From contig JBHGNT010000006.1 of assembly GCA_043228905.1 (NCBI GenBank), forward strand, positions 10,230,001 to 10,294,000: a stretch of 64,000 bases of DNA. The letters run 5' to 3'. Position numbers and translations under genes: made by a program. Origin of the DNA: Azolla caroliniana. Its lineage: Eukaryota; Plantae; Polypodiophyta. This document shows, in pieces, positions 1 to 13,712 of this stretch. How positions within the stretch are numbered: the first letter of the stretch is position 1; every line of letters begins with the position of its first letter. The notes under the pieces were generated by a model. It searched no databases. It had not been told where the DNA came from and saw only the letters and a list, made by a program, of their open reading frames with translations.

Positions 1-2433
1 TTGAATTTAATAGTGTTTGCATTATGTTCATGACATGTCATGGGTTGCGTTGACATTTTAATATAATATAGTTATTAGTAGGAATGACATAAGTGTTATT
101 GCCTAGATTGTTCCATCAAAAACTTTATTATCTATTTCTCTATAGGGATAGCATAATTGTGTTGGCCATTGGTTATAATCCATATGGCAAGACAGAATTG
201 GCATAATGTACTCACATTATGGTGGCCTCATGGTCTCCATTTAGAGTTTGTTAGCTTTAAGGAGATTTGCAAGATGTTGTGCACATGTCACTTGTGGTAA
301 CACGTGATAGTTATGTCTTGAACTATAGTGGGATGGCGAGAATGGCATAAAAGAATTTACATTGTGGATGGCCCAACATAAACATGTATGGACTTGTCTT
401 CATGACCCTTTTCCCATTTCACATTTATACTCGAAGCAAAGCGACGTGCCTTTATGCCCACAATCACGACCATGCACAAGAAGCCAACTAAATTGGGGAG
501 TTATAATGAATGCCATTATAGAGTTCTATAAAGTAAAGGTTGATACATATGTATATGGCACACCAATTAAATGGGGTAGGACCATCTAGAAAGGTCGCCC
601 TCATGTGAGTGGTGCCCTAATGCTTACATAACTCAATGAAATTTAAGGAGCATCATGAGGGCATTATTAGTGGAACTTATGAACCAAAAGGAGAAACATG
701 AGATCAAGTCCAAGCTGATGCCATTGACTGAGAATGGCCCACTCTTGAAGCTTTATTTGAACTCCAACCAATTACACGAGATAAAGAGTCCCAATTTTAA
801 TCATACATATGTGTTTGAAGAAATAAGGTAGTCATAACATTCCTAACATATAATTGCCAACATGTTGATAATGTACTATCATCATTCATGGTCTCATCTC
901 AATATTTGTTTAATTTGTACCTGCAATCTCGTCTTAATGTTCATTCAATGAGTGCACTAACTTTAGCTTTATTCATGAAGCAAAACACAAATTATTAACA
1001 TCATAAGTACACCATAACCTCCATATCTTGTGATTGTGGAAAATGCAACCTTGATTTCACAATAATGTAGATATTACTTTTAAGTTTTAACAATATAAGA
1101 GGGACTACCAAAGACGGAGAGTTATATTTTGGCCCACACATGGCTATAATTTCATGTAAATCATATTGCATACTAAGGGCTATAATTAGATGATATTTGA
1201 ATGAACCAAAACCCAAAACCTGGAACATTTAGAGGATACATTCAGATTTATAAGTGGCACTTTCTACTTTCTCAATTCTGACATAGACCTTTCATGAAAG
1301 ACATATGTCGGATTCTTGTGATTAATTTAAATTTATGGCATTCATGTTTTGTGTACAATAAAGGTTTAGTTAATGTCAACAACTCTTGCCAAATAATTGG
1401 AATAGGAAGACATATTTTACTATTAACTAACATGTAAATATTAGGAGAGAAAATGCACCCTTTCCATATGATCAAGGACATGAAAAAGTATGGCTTTATA
1501 AAAAAAGGACAATTGTTAGTTATTCCTACATATGAATTAAGAAAGATTTCCATACACATGCCCTTAATTTCAAAATACATGTATATCCACATAGATTGCT
1601 TATAAACCTATTAATGCTAAAGACCATTCTTCAAACAAGCTCCCACTCATAACGGGGGAAACAAATAGAATTGGTGTGCTGAGTTTTGATCAAGGGTTGC
1701 CTACAAGTTGGTAAAATACGGAGTGTAGTCTCTTGACATATTGTTTGATGAATAAAAACACAAGCTTGTGCAAGCTTTAAATCTAGGAGCACATGTGTGT
1801 ATTGAGCTTGATATCTTAACCAACTTGGTTAAAGACGTTAAAGACCAAGTATAGCAACATCTTTCTCACTACCATATGGGTTAGTAACGCATTGGGCAAC
1901 CAACATTAGAATAGAGCTCATGATAGATGTAGGTGAATATTATATATCTCCAGCTATTTAGGTGCACCAAAAACATATAGATACATTTTGAACTCAAGCT
2001 TTCACAATACTAAGTTGAACAACATACTTAGCTAAACCACACATTTCACCCATGTTTCCATGTGAAAGTTGGATGGAAACTTACAGAAAACATCAATGCT
2101 TACATAAATATAATGTTGATTCCATTATATCTCTAATTATCCTTTAATTTCAAATATTTATGTATTCATTTGAGACAACCACAATTCTTGGTTTTTTATT
2201 TGCCAATGGAATGAACTTATAACAAATGCATTCAACATTGACAAGTTGGTTTTGTTTGAAGTCTTAAGCAATGTGCATTGCGCCCAACACATTCAAGAAC
2301 ACAATGTGAGAGCCCTCCACGACTTCACTCTTTTAAAAAGAAAAGGGTCTAGATATAATATTGAGAAATGGAAAGAAAACGTCAAGTGTCCAATTGAGGG
2401 CGACACATTGATAGAGGTAAGGGAGGGGGTGAG

Positions 2434-2905
2434 TAACAATCGGCAACGGTTTGGTTCAAGAGGGTCCAAACCGAATTGTTTAAATTTTTTGAAACCAGAA
2501 TCGAACCGAACCGAACCACGAAATTGTTAAACCGAAACATTACTTTTTTTTTCAAACCGTTAAGCCATTAAACTGATAAAACTATGGTTTTGTGGTTCGG
2601 TTTCGATTTTCAGCTTAGCTCAAATTTAAATTTAAAAAATTTCATTATTTTAATTTTTACAAATTTAAAGATTTTCCTAAAATGTGAGAATAAGGCATGA
2701 AAATGATAAGATTGTTTAAAAACAACTTTTTAATTTTTTTAACAATTAAAAAAAAGAAGAAGTCGTTAAATCGTTTAAACTGTAGTTTCTAACTGTTGAA
2801 ACCGAACCAAACCATTAAAAAAACCCGAACTTGAACCTGAACCAAACCATTAAGCCGTGGTTTCGCGGTTCGGTTCGGTTCAAACCGAACCGTTGCCGAT
2901 TGTTA
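2434..2905. mobile_element. hAT-type MITE (non-autonomous DNA transposon), 472 bp
   Basis: Perfect 18-bp terminal inverted repeat TAACAATCGGCAACGGTT (2434-2451 / 2888-2905). 8-bp direct repeat GGGGTGAG at 2426-2433 and 2906-2913, the TSD length typical of hAT. Many subterminal AAACCG/CGGTT motifs and no coding capacity. Confidence 0.85.
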
Positions 2906-4062
2906 GGGGTGAGCCTATTATGAAAAGCGTAAGATGTAGTCATAGTGTTAAATTAAGGATAGGTGTAAGTTTGAGAAAACACCCAACATTCCAAAAATTT
3001 ACAAAGGTGGCTTGGGCTTACAAATTTTCTTCACGAAAATTCTTGAGCACTAGGAAGCACTACGAACCAATTGGTGACTCTTTCTTAGGTCGTGTTGTAA
3101 ACCTTATTGATGGTTGGGATAACATTTCAAGCTTTTGAGCGTAGACTAATTGAATGTCTCGTTCCTAGAATGATCAAGAAGCGTTTTGTGTACGAACCCC
3201 CACAATCAAGCCTCGTCCCTGTCGATTAAATGATCCCTATGCATGAATACACACAAACCTTGGTTCATACATAAAAAAATTACATGGTCACCTACGTTAA
3301 TATAATTGGATACCTTTGATAGAGAATTGCGTTCCTCCTTGTGGAGCAAGTCCACACAAACTTGTAGAATGAACCCAACTTGAAGAGGCGACTTCAAAAC
3401 AATAAACTCCAGTGACACTTTCTAGATGAATTGTCTTCCCCGGGTCAAGCTCTCAATGGTCCCAACCAACTTCACAAGCGTAACTTCAAGGCATCTTTCG
3501 ATGCGTGTGGAGTTTACTAGAAATAGCATTCTATGATGGCCATTACGTGGATGTAAAACGCATACACAGAATGGGAATAAAGCCCCAAGCACACACACAC
3601 ACACACACACGTATACATATAAGAAATAGATATGTAGTACAAATGTCAAAGCCGAGATTCTCGAAACCGGAGGGATGGTGCAGTGGGGTTCGACCAGGGG
3701 CCGGATAAGCAAAACTTGAATAGGCCCAATAGTGTGTGTATTACACACATATATCATATATGTATATGTACTACTACTACTAAAAAGGCTATATAGTTAT
3801 AGGCAGCAAAAAGACTATATAGTATAGACACAATGTCTGATGTGCACATGTTTGTTTGTAAGAAGAAGAAGAAGAAGAAGAGGAGGAGGGCAGTGGACCC
3901 ACACTCTCTCTGCCTGCTCCCTCCTCCTGCTGTGCCTCATTTCTCTCTTGCTCACTCTTTCTTGCTTCTGGTTACAGTACAATAATCTTCTCTTTCTTCC
4001 CCTCCTCCTCCTTAGATTGATTTTTGCTGCAGGCAGCCACACACCCACTTGATGCACCCCCA

Positions 4063-6193
4063 ATGATCCATCATCATCATCATCATCATCCCCCTGCCCA
4101 TGTTGACCCCATAGGAAGCCATGATGTGGATGGTGTTGTACCTGTGATCACTGACCATCACCATGGAAACCATGTGCATCAGTGTGCCCACCATTATGAT
4201 GACCACTACCACTACCACTACCGCGAAGACGACACCAGCGACGAGACTTGGTCGTCGGGGATCCCCGAAGACTTCTATGTCGAGGAAACAGAGTACGGAT
4301 CTGACGACAATGCCGGGATGCAGCAACTCGGACAACCAGAACAATCCCATGGAAATTCTGTTCTAAGTTCAATGCATCTCCAATCTGACGGAGTGGAAAT
4401 CGCAACCACAGCTGTGGATAGTGTGGAGATGGAGATGCCACAGTCGGAAAGCATGAGCAATGATGGTGATGATGAAGGCGGTGAAGGCGAAGGCGGTGGG
4501 ACGAGATCAAGATCAAGATCAGGGGTGTCATGCTGGCCAAGGCCGATCGGCAACAAGCCTCACAAAGCACAAGACGCGGCATGGGCAGCCATCCGAAGCG
4601 TGATCTCCTCCGGAGGCACTATCGGCCTCCATCATTTCCGGTTCTTGCAACGCCTCGGGAGCGGTGACATTGGCAGAGTCTACTTGACAGAACTCCTGAA
4701 GGTAGAAGAAGGGCTTCCTGGCACCAGCACCTCTGACATTGGCACTGGCTTATACTATGCCATGAAAATCGTGGATAAGCAGGCCCTGGCGAAGCGGAAC
4801 AAGCTTCATCGGGCACAGACGGAGCGCGAGATCCTCGAGATCCTCGATCACCCCTTCCTTCCCACGCTCTATGCACACATCGACGATGGACGACAGTCTT
4901 GCCTTGTCATGGAGTTCTGCCCCGGCGGGGACCTCCATGTCCTCCGACAGCTTCAACCAGGGAAACGGTTCACACGCAGTGCCGTAAGGTGGGGGTTGTC
5001 TTTGCCATTCTTATCTTGAGTATAGAACATTTAGGGTTAATGAAGACTTAGGGTAGGTAGATCCATACACTAATACACTTGGAACAGGCTTCCAGAGATC
5101 ATCATCAAATCAATTAGAGTTCATTGTCCTTTTGTGTAGGTTTTATGCGGTGGAGGTGCTCATGGCTCTCGAGTATCTACACATGATGGGCGTCGTTTAT
5201 CGGGACCTGAAGCCGGAGAACGTTCTTGTGCGTGAAGATGGGCATATAATGCTGTCCGACTTCGATCTCTCGCTTAAATGCAATGTGGATCCGGCCATTG
5301 CGACCACATCAATTGTGAGGGGCAACAGTTATGTTGGCAGTGTCGGGGTCGGGCTGGACAACGGATGGGCATCCACCCCTCCACATGGACATGGTGCCAA
5401 TTTTGGTCTATGTAGCTCCACCGGGGGACGCCCAACTTCTTGTATAGATACCCCTCTTCGGTGCAGCGTTGTGTCGCCTTGTAGCATCCATCCCATCACA
5501 TCTTGCCTTCCAATCCGGAACTGTCTTGTCCCATATTTCGTTGGCTGCCGCCCCCGCCGCCAACATCATGCCCAACCCCAACACCTCATCAAAACCAATA
5601 CCAATAGCAGTAGAAACAATGCCCCTGAGCTTCTCGCGGAGCCAACTTCCGTGAGGTCAATGTCGTTTGTGGGGACACATGAGTACCTCGCACCTGAGAT
5701 CATCTTAGGTGAAGGCCATGGTGCAGCTGTGGATTGGTGGACATTGGGCATCTTCCTTTATGAGCTTCTCCACGGACGCACGCCATTCAAAGGCCCCGAT
5801 AACGAAGCCACGCTTACAAATGTCGTGACACAGTTGCTTAAGTTCCCTACATTGGGAGCGAGTACGGCCACAGACGAAAGTCTTGCTCAATATTCCACGA
5901 ATCTCCAAGGCGACACTAGTTGTTATATGGAAGCACAAGATCTCATCAAGAGACTGTTGGTTAAGGATCCTAGGAAGAGATTTGGGGCTGTGAAAGGGGC
6001 CACTGAAATCAAGCAACATCCATTCTTTCGGGGTGTAAATTGGGCGCTTGTTAGGTGTGTGACTCCGCCTGAAATCCCACTTCAATTTTCACTAGGCACC
6101 AATCACAACCTCTCTAAGGGCAGCCTGAGCTCGTTAGGTGTGTCCACTGATGATAATGGTAGCGGCGCTGCACCTGAGTTTAAACTCTTTTGA
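4063..6193 (+). CDS. AGCVIII (AGC1 subfamily, D6PK/AGC1-12/PINOID-related) Ser/Thr protein kinase; exons 4063-4988 and 5140-6193
   Basis: Motifs [41 protein letters not shown] and [14 protein letters not shown]. The plant AGCVIII-specific DFD motif is followed by a long insertion, and the C-terminus is an FxxF (EFKLF) PDK1-interacting motif. A GT-AG intron at 4989-5139 restores AVR|FYAVEV. The start is uncertain because a TGCAG acceptor ending at 4032 may indicate an upstream exon. Confidence 0.93.
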
Positions 6194-6630
6194 CTACACT
6201 ACAATGTCTTGGACTGATCCATAGAAAAAATTTGTACACATTTGATGCAATTACACATTATTTATTTTCCCCCTCTATTCTGCATTCTCTTAGTTGGTTA
6301 TGCAAAAAGCTTAATCCACTCTTAGGAATGCATTTACTTGTTGATCCCAAATTCCAATCTCCTATTAGAGATGATATTTCCAATGTCCCAAATCCTCCAT
6401 TATCACCAAAGTGCTCATTTCTATTACGTTGATGGTAACTCCCAACACTAATTATTCCACCACCAAACAATCAATCATGCAATAAAAAAGGCCCATATAT
6501 GTATGTACATAGACTATATTGGATGAGATGTTCAAAATTTATGACTCAGAACACATGCCACACATTGTCCATGTAGTCGCTGGGAAACCATTACTACAGA
6601 ATTAGACTTTCAAAAGTCGGGGGTAAAATC

Positions 6631-6868
6631 TAGTGCCAATCATTAGATCTCTTCTTATAGATGTGAAGGGACTTATATGAGTAACGCCCTCTCCCAAATC
6701 ATCTTGGTTACCAGAAAACACACGGTTATACACTTCAGAATTGTAACGATTGTGCCTTCATTCTACAGAATTTATGACTTCGAATGTCAAGGGTAGTGCC
6801 AATCATTAGATCTCTTCTTAAAGATGTGAAGGGAGTTATATGAGTAACGCCCTCTCCCAAATCATCTT
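6631..6868. repeat. Dispersed ~75-bp direct repeat (6631-6705 and 6794-6868) between convergent gene ends
   Basis: TAGTGCCAATCATTAGATCTCTTCTTA...CCCAAATCATCTT is present twice with about 2 mismatches. Confidence 0.85.
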
Positions 6869-7512
6869 ATCTTCTAGATTAGGAGGTAGGAGTGCTTTTA
6901 GCATTTCTTTTTCAACCCGAGTGCATTTTTGGCCCTTGCCTTTATAGAGTAGGCATTCCTTTAGGTGGACATGCACTTACCCACCCTGCTCAATTTATAC
7001 CGATCCACGTGCACAGAGCCATCACCTTACAGCCTACAGGCTATATACCTATCCTCTTCTTCAAAGGCAGATACTTCAATATTATGAATATGATACAGGT
7101 TCACGTTCGTAAGTTTTAACACCATCATAAATAATATCAATCAATATTAGAACCCTCAGGGATTTGAACATAACATATTCACTACTAAATACACAAAAAC
7201 TGTCATCTAAGAAGCTCTAGAGACCCTTTTGATCAATCCCACAACCTCATTAATACCAAGTAACATCTATCTTGATACATCCCAATAATCAAAGCAAATG
7301 CTAACCTCTTCCATTCAAGAAATCATTAACACATGGTCAACAATCCATAGACCTGAAATTAAAATGCAATGCCTTTAAAAACCCTCTACTAAAAAGTCCA
7401 GATCAGATGCCACCACTGAATGGTGTATATATATTTGTACAGCACAAATGTTTAATCCAATTTGACTTATCCATTTTAAGGTCATACCGTTTTTACTCTA
7501 CTATACTTATTT

Positions 7513-10500
7513 TTATCTATAATAAGGAGAGACACTTCTGGACCTTGACCGAGATATGTATCTGCGAACAGGGGTTCTTGAAGGAGATCGGTATCTCCGC
7601 CCACTTCGATATGAATAGGTAGGGGTCGGTGACCGAGATGGAGAACGATATCTCCTCCCTCTATATGAAGAATATAGAGGCGATGGAGACCTTCCTCTGT
7701 CCTCTCGCCTTGGAGAGTAATCAGAAGATGGTGATCGATCTCTATCTCTATTCCTCCTACTATACCTATATGGGGATGGAGATCTATCCCTGTAATGACC
7801 TCCATATCTATAAGGAGAATATTGAGGGGAACGGGATCTACCCCTATATCTACTCCTGCTCCTGCTTCTGTACGGAGAATAATCAGGTGAATAATCCCGA
7901 GAAGAACGGTAAGGAGAATAATTAGGAGATCGCCTCCTTTCATAATCATATGATGCTGCCAAAAAGCGAAACAGGTTGTAGGATTAAAAATAGTTAGTTC
8001 ATTGCACAAATTATATTTCACTTAATAATTTCATAATGATTTCAAGGCTCCAATGATTAATGATTAATTCTTTGAAATATTGCACAAATTTCAAATGCAT
8101 TGTCCTCTGCGAATTGTAGAATTACTCACATGAGCCCCTGGTCGTCCGTACTCCTAAGTACTTCCCTGGTGTGGGGGTTCTTGCTCTTTTCCGCCTTGCC
8201 TGTGACACAAAAAATAAAAATCAGATCAAGAAAGTTTCATTAGCACTGTGGTGGAAGCACGAACATCTTATACATATAAATAGGCTTAGGTTAAAATAGT
8301 AGAAATTGCAATCAGTGAAATTCAGTCTACTTGATGTGGGTCACAATCCAAGATCAACTCAAACCTTTCTTTTATTTGCTGAGAAGTTTTGATGTTTGAA
8401 TGCTGCATTGCATGCATAATATAAACAAGAAATGATGACATCAAGAATGATGTTCCGTAGTCGAAACTTCTCAAATAATGTTATTTTTACAGGTTTCATA
8501 GTAACCGATCACATCTTGAACCAAGTTGTGAAAGTTGATGTTGGTGGCACAGCGACGTAGCTGTCTTTGAGATTGAATTTTGAGTAAAATGACAAGTCGA
8601 GCTGAGTATGGATAATCAACACAAAACTATCAGATCTAAAGTTTACGACACTTCAACAATCAATGGTTCCAACAGCAATTTGTAAAAACATCTATAGACT
8701 GGTCATACCACATGACGCAAAGACGACCATCTAGACAGACACAGCATACAACTCCCATTCATTAACATGATTCCTAATTATTAGTTACAGATGGAAAGCT
8801 TTTAGAATAATAATATCAATGCTCTTCTAATGTCACTTTGTCAAAATATCTAAACATGCTCTTCTAATGTCGCTTTGTCAAAATATCTAAACTGGTTATG
8901 CCACATGATACAAAGACGAACAATAATATCAAATGGAAAGGTTCATAAGAATAGAACCAACTTACTTTTTCCACAGTTATCACTCGCCCTTCTAGTATGG
9001 ACTTATTTAAATGCTTGATACATCGGTCCGCACCTTCAAGTGATTCCATTGTAACAAAACCAAACCCACGCGATTCTTTGGTTCTTGGATCTACCACCAA
9101 GTGGCATTCAACCACCTGAAAACATGATACGAATCAATCAGATTAAGAAAAATATTGAAAGAAAACAAAATTAACCATCCCCAGACACCTATATATTCAC
9201 CTTTCCCTCAGTTGAACAGTGATCAATAAGGTCTTTTTCGGTCACCCGTGAAGAAAGGCCAGTAATATACAAATTATTACCAGGATTGAGGGAGGTTTCA
9301 TCACTGCACAATGAATAAATACTCCATTAGCAAGAAGACGGAATCAATGCACAAACTACATTCCACAGAATAATTACCTTTCAGGACTTCTGCTTCGAGA
9401 TCTTGAATTGGAGCGAGAGCGAGAGCGATACCTTGATGATGGACTATAATCATACCTGGTGGAAGGGAGCACAATCAAATTTATACAAAATAGTCAAAAC
9501 GTTTTTCCACAAGAAACTCAAACAGTACAGGGATATTATTTACTAATAAGAAATCTATTAATATCCTACAGTTCTAATATACAACCACTGAATGTGTTTC
9601 CATAACTAGTATGAAGATCATAACAGCAGAACTCATTAGACCATGCAATATCCAACCTATGCAAAAGACACGATGCAATAACATATTTTCCACTGATCCC
9701 CATATTGTCAGAAAAATCATAATGAAGGATTCTGAAGATATTTATTTTTCATTATTCCTGAGAAATTATTTGAACACGAGAAACCATCAGCCACAACCTG
9801 TCTTGCTTTTTATAAAAATCCACTTATAGATATATACTTAAGTTTCAATAGACCCTTAAAATTTGGAAGCTACCTAAAGAGTACAAGTAGATAACCTGTA
9901 GGACTCATGCAGGAAATCTTCATAAAATTAATTTATCATAAACCACACAGATCCACCAATGAGAACAATACGAGGACTAGGAAATCAAGCAAACGCATAC
10001 CCAAAGATCGAGAATTTCTATATTTTAATCCAAGAGATCTCTAGTGTAATCTATTACCCTACGATCAAGTCAAAGGCATACTCTAAGGTTGAGAACTCCT
10101 ACAATCTCATCTTTAATCCTACAATCTAAACTTTAATCTAAGAGATCTTCGAAGTAACCTACTTGCTCTAAGATCAATAAGTACTACAATCTCATCTTTG
10201 ATCCAAGAATCTCCTAAAATGACATAAAAAAAGAGGACGAATAAAGAGGACAAACCTGCTTCTCCGCTGCGATGATGCATACGCCTGTAACAATAACAAA
10301 AAGAAGAATCTGTCAGCTAATACATGGTCATCATGACCAATTAATTTCATTTAAACCGAAACAGTCAATTCCTGGTTAATATCTTGAAAGAAACTAACAT
10401 TTTCCATATATATATGAGAACAAAATTAGCCTAATTTATTCAAAATCTATGAAACAGTTTACGTGGCGATTGTACGAATAGGATTATACCTAGACCATAT

Positions 10501-11048
10501 ACTCTGCAAGACGAGAAACATTATTCCTTCCGAATAATTTCATGCTTATATTCGATGGTGAGGCTTACCTTTGTCAATCTATGAATATAGCCAACTTTAT
10601 ACAAAGGCAAATTCTTACAGCTAAAATGCATAAAAGGCTAACTGGAATCATCAGGAAGAGTAAAACATATCGCAACTAAAAAGCCAAACTTCAAATAATA
10701 CACTAAAGGCCATGAATAAGCGAGTCAATTTCATAAAGGACACGATCAGCCTGTGAGGATTAAGTTAAACACATACAGCAACAAAAAATGTCTAATTTCG
10801 GAGATAGGCACAACGATAATCCCTCAAGTTTAGAATGAGGGATGACTACATCAAGTAGTAGATGGTTCTAAGCAAGCGTCAAAAGTTTTTCTTTGAGAAG
10901 GCAAATTCATGAAAAAAGAAGAGATCAGCCTTCTGTTTCAGAGAAGCAAAGCGTCTAGGAATCAAGTCAGAATGGGAGAAACAAAAGAGACGGAAACGGA
11001 GAAGTAGCGGGAGGGAGAGAGGGAGGAGAAGAAGAAGGAAGTTACCAT
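7513..11048 (-). CDS. SR45a: SR45a-like (Tra2-related) RS-RRM-RS splicing factor, ~291 aa; exons 11048-11046, 10284-10256, 9455-9378, 9303-9201, 9115-8966, 8199-8130, 7955-7513
   Basis: Exons join in frame at GT-AG sites. They give MAYASSQRRSRYDYSP..RSRSRS, the RRM NPGNNLYITGLSSRVTEKDL..ESRGFGFVTM..LEGRVITVEK, the SR45a-type RTPTPGKYLG motif, and an RS/SPY-rich tail. The ATG-only first exon is the least certain part. Confidence 0.88.
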
Positions 11049-11135
11049 AACGCGAGGAGGTAGCGCAAATCGTCGAAGATGCAAACCCTAGCTGTGAAAC
11101 AGACGAAGGAGAGGAGACGGAGGAACGAGAACGAG

Positions 11136-11138
<3 letters not shown>

Positions 11139-11178
<40 letters not shown>
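11139..11178. repeat. (GA)n microsatellite, (CT)n in the probable 5' UTR of the SR45a-like gene
   Basis: About 20 GA units directly visible. Confidence 0.9.
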
Positions 11179-11179
<1 letters not shown>

Positions 11180-11906
11180 GAGGGCGAAGAGAAGGAATTT
11201 CTGGAACCTTCTACTGGCTTTATACGTGGAGATAGAGGAGAATGCAATGTTTGCTACACTTGGACCGTCCGATCAGGTTTCCAAATCGACGGCTCCAAAT
11301 CGTTTTCCACTTGCTTCTTATAGTATGTAAAGTGAAGTTTGGGAGGAGGATCCTATAAATCACTCACTCATTCCATCCGCCCCTTTCGTTTCGTGTTGCA
11401 TTTTCTTCCTTCCTCCATTTGTCCCTTCGTCCTCTCCCCAATTGCTCCACACTTTCTCTCGTGCCTCCGGATTGTGCGCATCTCCTGCCCCTTCCTTAAC
11501 CCACTCCCATCGGCTCTTTGAGTTGCCTACTGACCCCACAACCCAACAATCCGTGAAGAGTTATGTATGGCCAACACATCCCCTTTCTCTCGCTTTTTGG
11601 AAGGGTAATCAAGGAAATCAATCCCATTTCGGGAAATAACAAAAACCCTATGGGTGTTATTAGAGGAAAGTAAAGGAAAACTCCAAGGTTCTAACTTCTT
11701 TCATAGTTTTTCTTGCTCCTCGACGTTTCTTTGCGTTTGCCAAAAGCCGAGTGTTTTTGCTTAATAAATTGGAACATGTTATAATCTTCCTTTTTTATAG
11801 AAGAATGTGCTAATTGAGCCATGTACTCCAAAAAAATCAAGATTTTGCGATAGATATATTAGTGCACAACAAATAAAACAAATATTTATAAAACTCAACA
11901 TAAAGT

Positions 11907-13200
11907 GTTACCGGCTTAGAGTAACACGGTGCCGGATACTTGTTCCTTCGGTATCCGGCTCAAGGTCTTGTGGTAGGGAGACAAAGGTGTAGACAAGTTC
12001 TCTGCCTTAGAGGAACCCAAAAACACGTACAGGTACAGTTACCTACATGGTTACGAATCGAGTTACTGTAGTCTATGATTGTGGAGTTTGTGGAGACTCA
12101 GACCGAGCCGGCTACAATCGATTGGTTATGTGCACGATATACAGAATAATTAAAGAAAGCTCGACACAGATGAAACTCTCGACACAGAGACAGAGACAAA
12201 GTATAAGCAAGACAAATTTCTATTATAAGGCACGACTTAATACACTGTTACAACCGATTCCCTTTTTACATCATTCCCATGTCCCTTTTTTATAGGGAGC
12301 ATGGACGGTTACATTTAGAACGTGAATCGTTACTACTAATAATGTTTTGCACCGTTTTACTTTTCCTCTTCACTCCCTGTCTGGCCCCACCCATCTTCAA
12401 TTAGGCCGGTAACCGTCCTTTAGCCTTTTCACATGTGCGTTGTCTTGACTGGCCAACACATGGCATGCATGTGGGACAATGCATTGCATGGTCGGACCCT
12501 ATGTGTCGGCTAGGCATCGTAAAACATATGCAAAATGTTTGGCTCATGTTGAGCCGACTCGTCGCTACCAATGGTGGTGTCATCGGGTGGGGTCGAGGCA
12601 TGCGTTGTTTGCTCTGTGGCTATCGTCGTCACCTCGGTCTTTCCTCCACTAATCCCTTTGTTCTGTGGATTCTCCTGAGGTAGTGGCTGGGGTGATTTGG
12701 CGTGATGGCCTTGTTCGTCTCGTTGTTGGGTGGCGACATCTCAGTGAGTGACAACTGGCTAATCATCGATTGCCTCAACTGGTTCAGTGTTAATGGGGGG
12801 GGGGGGTATGGGGGTTGCGTTGTCGGATTGTCCTGGGACTATCCGCTCAATTCACTGTCAAGGAGTTGAATGTGCTCCGGTTCCTCGCCTTTCTCATGCT
12901 CTTTCTACGTCTGCCCTCATTCGGCTTCGTAAGCTTCCAGTTCCAGTGTGAACTGAAGTTGATCGTCCCAGAACTCCTCTAATAGTTTTGTTATTTCTAT
13001 GGAGTGGAGTTGGGCCAAGGACCGGTAGTCATTCGCAAGCTCCTCTCAAATGGTTGTGACTCTGTCCTCATCGAGCTTATAAAATACCTTGCCTTCTTTC
13101 CACCTGTTCTCCTGATCCGCCCAAAATATATGAAGTTCGGTTGCTTGGGCTGAGCAGGCCCCCCATCCTCGTTCCATCTTATCAGCAACCATTCCTTCTA
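11907..13200 (-). mobile_element. Degenerate 3' end (LTR plus remnant of downstream ORF) of an LTR retrotransposon, probably the same group as elements A/B
   Basis: The minus strand ends in ...GGTAACA at 11907 and has a TATA-like CTATAAAAAAGGG near 12283-12295, similar to the element A LTR. A decayed acidic reading frame (IFWADQENRWKEGKVFYKLDEDR..) lies at ~12870-13130. Boundaries are approximate. Confidence 0.45.
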
Positions 13201-13712
13201 TCCAATCACATTAATCCCCTTTTTAACATTAGTGAACATACCCTTCACTTATGTATATATTAGTGACCTACCCTCACCTATGTTATGTGTACATAACATA
13301 TTCCCCTACTTCAAAAGATTGCACTCTTGCAATATAAAGTGAGGAATTGTGCCTTAAGAGTATGCTCGCATTCCCATGTGGCATCATCAATAGGTGTATC
13401 CATCCAGTTGATCTTGAATAGCTTAATCTCTTTAGAATGTAAAAGTTTAGTACGAGAATCAAGAATTCGTTTAGGAACATGAGGTTTGTAAGAAAAATTT
13501 AATGTTACAAGATCTTCGATTGTGATGGTGTTATCCCTAAAGCCTAAAAATGGTTTTAGACGACTGGTGTGAAAAAACATGATGAATACCAACGTTACGG
13601 GGTAAGGCAAGGTGATAAGCAGATGATCCAACTCGCTTAAGGATTTCAAATGGGTCACAATATCGTGGGGTTAACTTAGCGCACTTGCCTATAGACAATG
13701 ACGTAGAGTCGA
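13200..13712 (-). mobile_element. Chromovirus (Tekay/Reina-like) 3' fragment: integrase GPY/F region, chromodomain, PPT and start of 3' LTR
   Basis: Minus-strand translation GKCAKLTPRYCDPFEILKRVGSSAYHLALP, FHTSRLKPF and KLFKINWMDTPIDDATWE. Purine tract GAAGTAGGGGAA is followed by TGTTATG at ~13298. Confidence 0.8.

Noticed and set aside
1-2400. Short ORFs in AT-rich sequence
   Set aside because: No recognisable motifs or element ends. Possibly very old TE debris, but unsupported.
2950-3520. Coding-like composition upstream of the kinase
   Set aside because: I could not assign a domain in any frame.
7482-8021. 179-aa ORF with a hydrophobic stretch
   Set aside because: Alternative frame of the RS-rich last exon of the SR45a-like gene.
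8820-8893. 37-bp tandem duplication; similar degenerate repeats at ~10020-10210
   Set aside because: Ordinary intronic duplications with no further structure.
10879-11330. SLSLSL and ERERER ORFs (also 31666-32134)
   Set aside because: Artefacts of (GA)n microsatellites.
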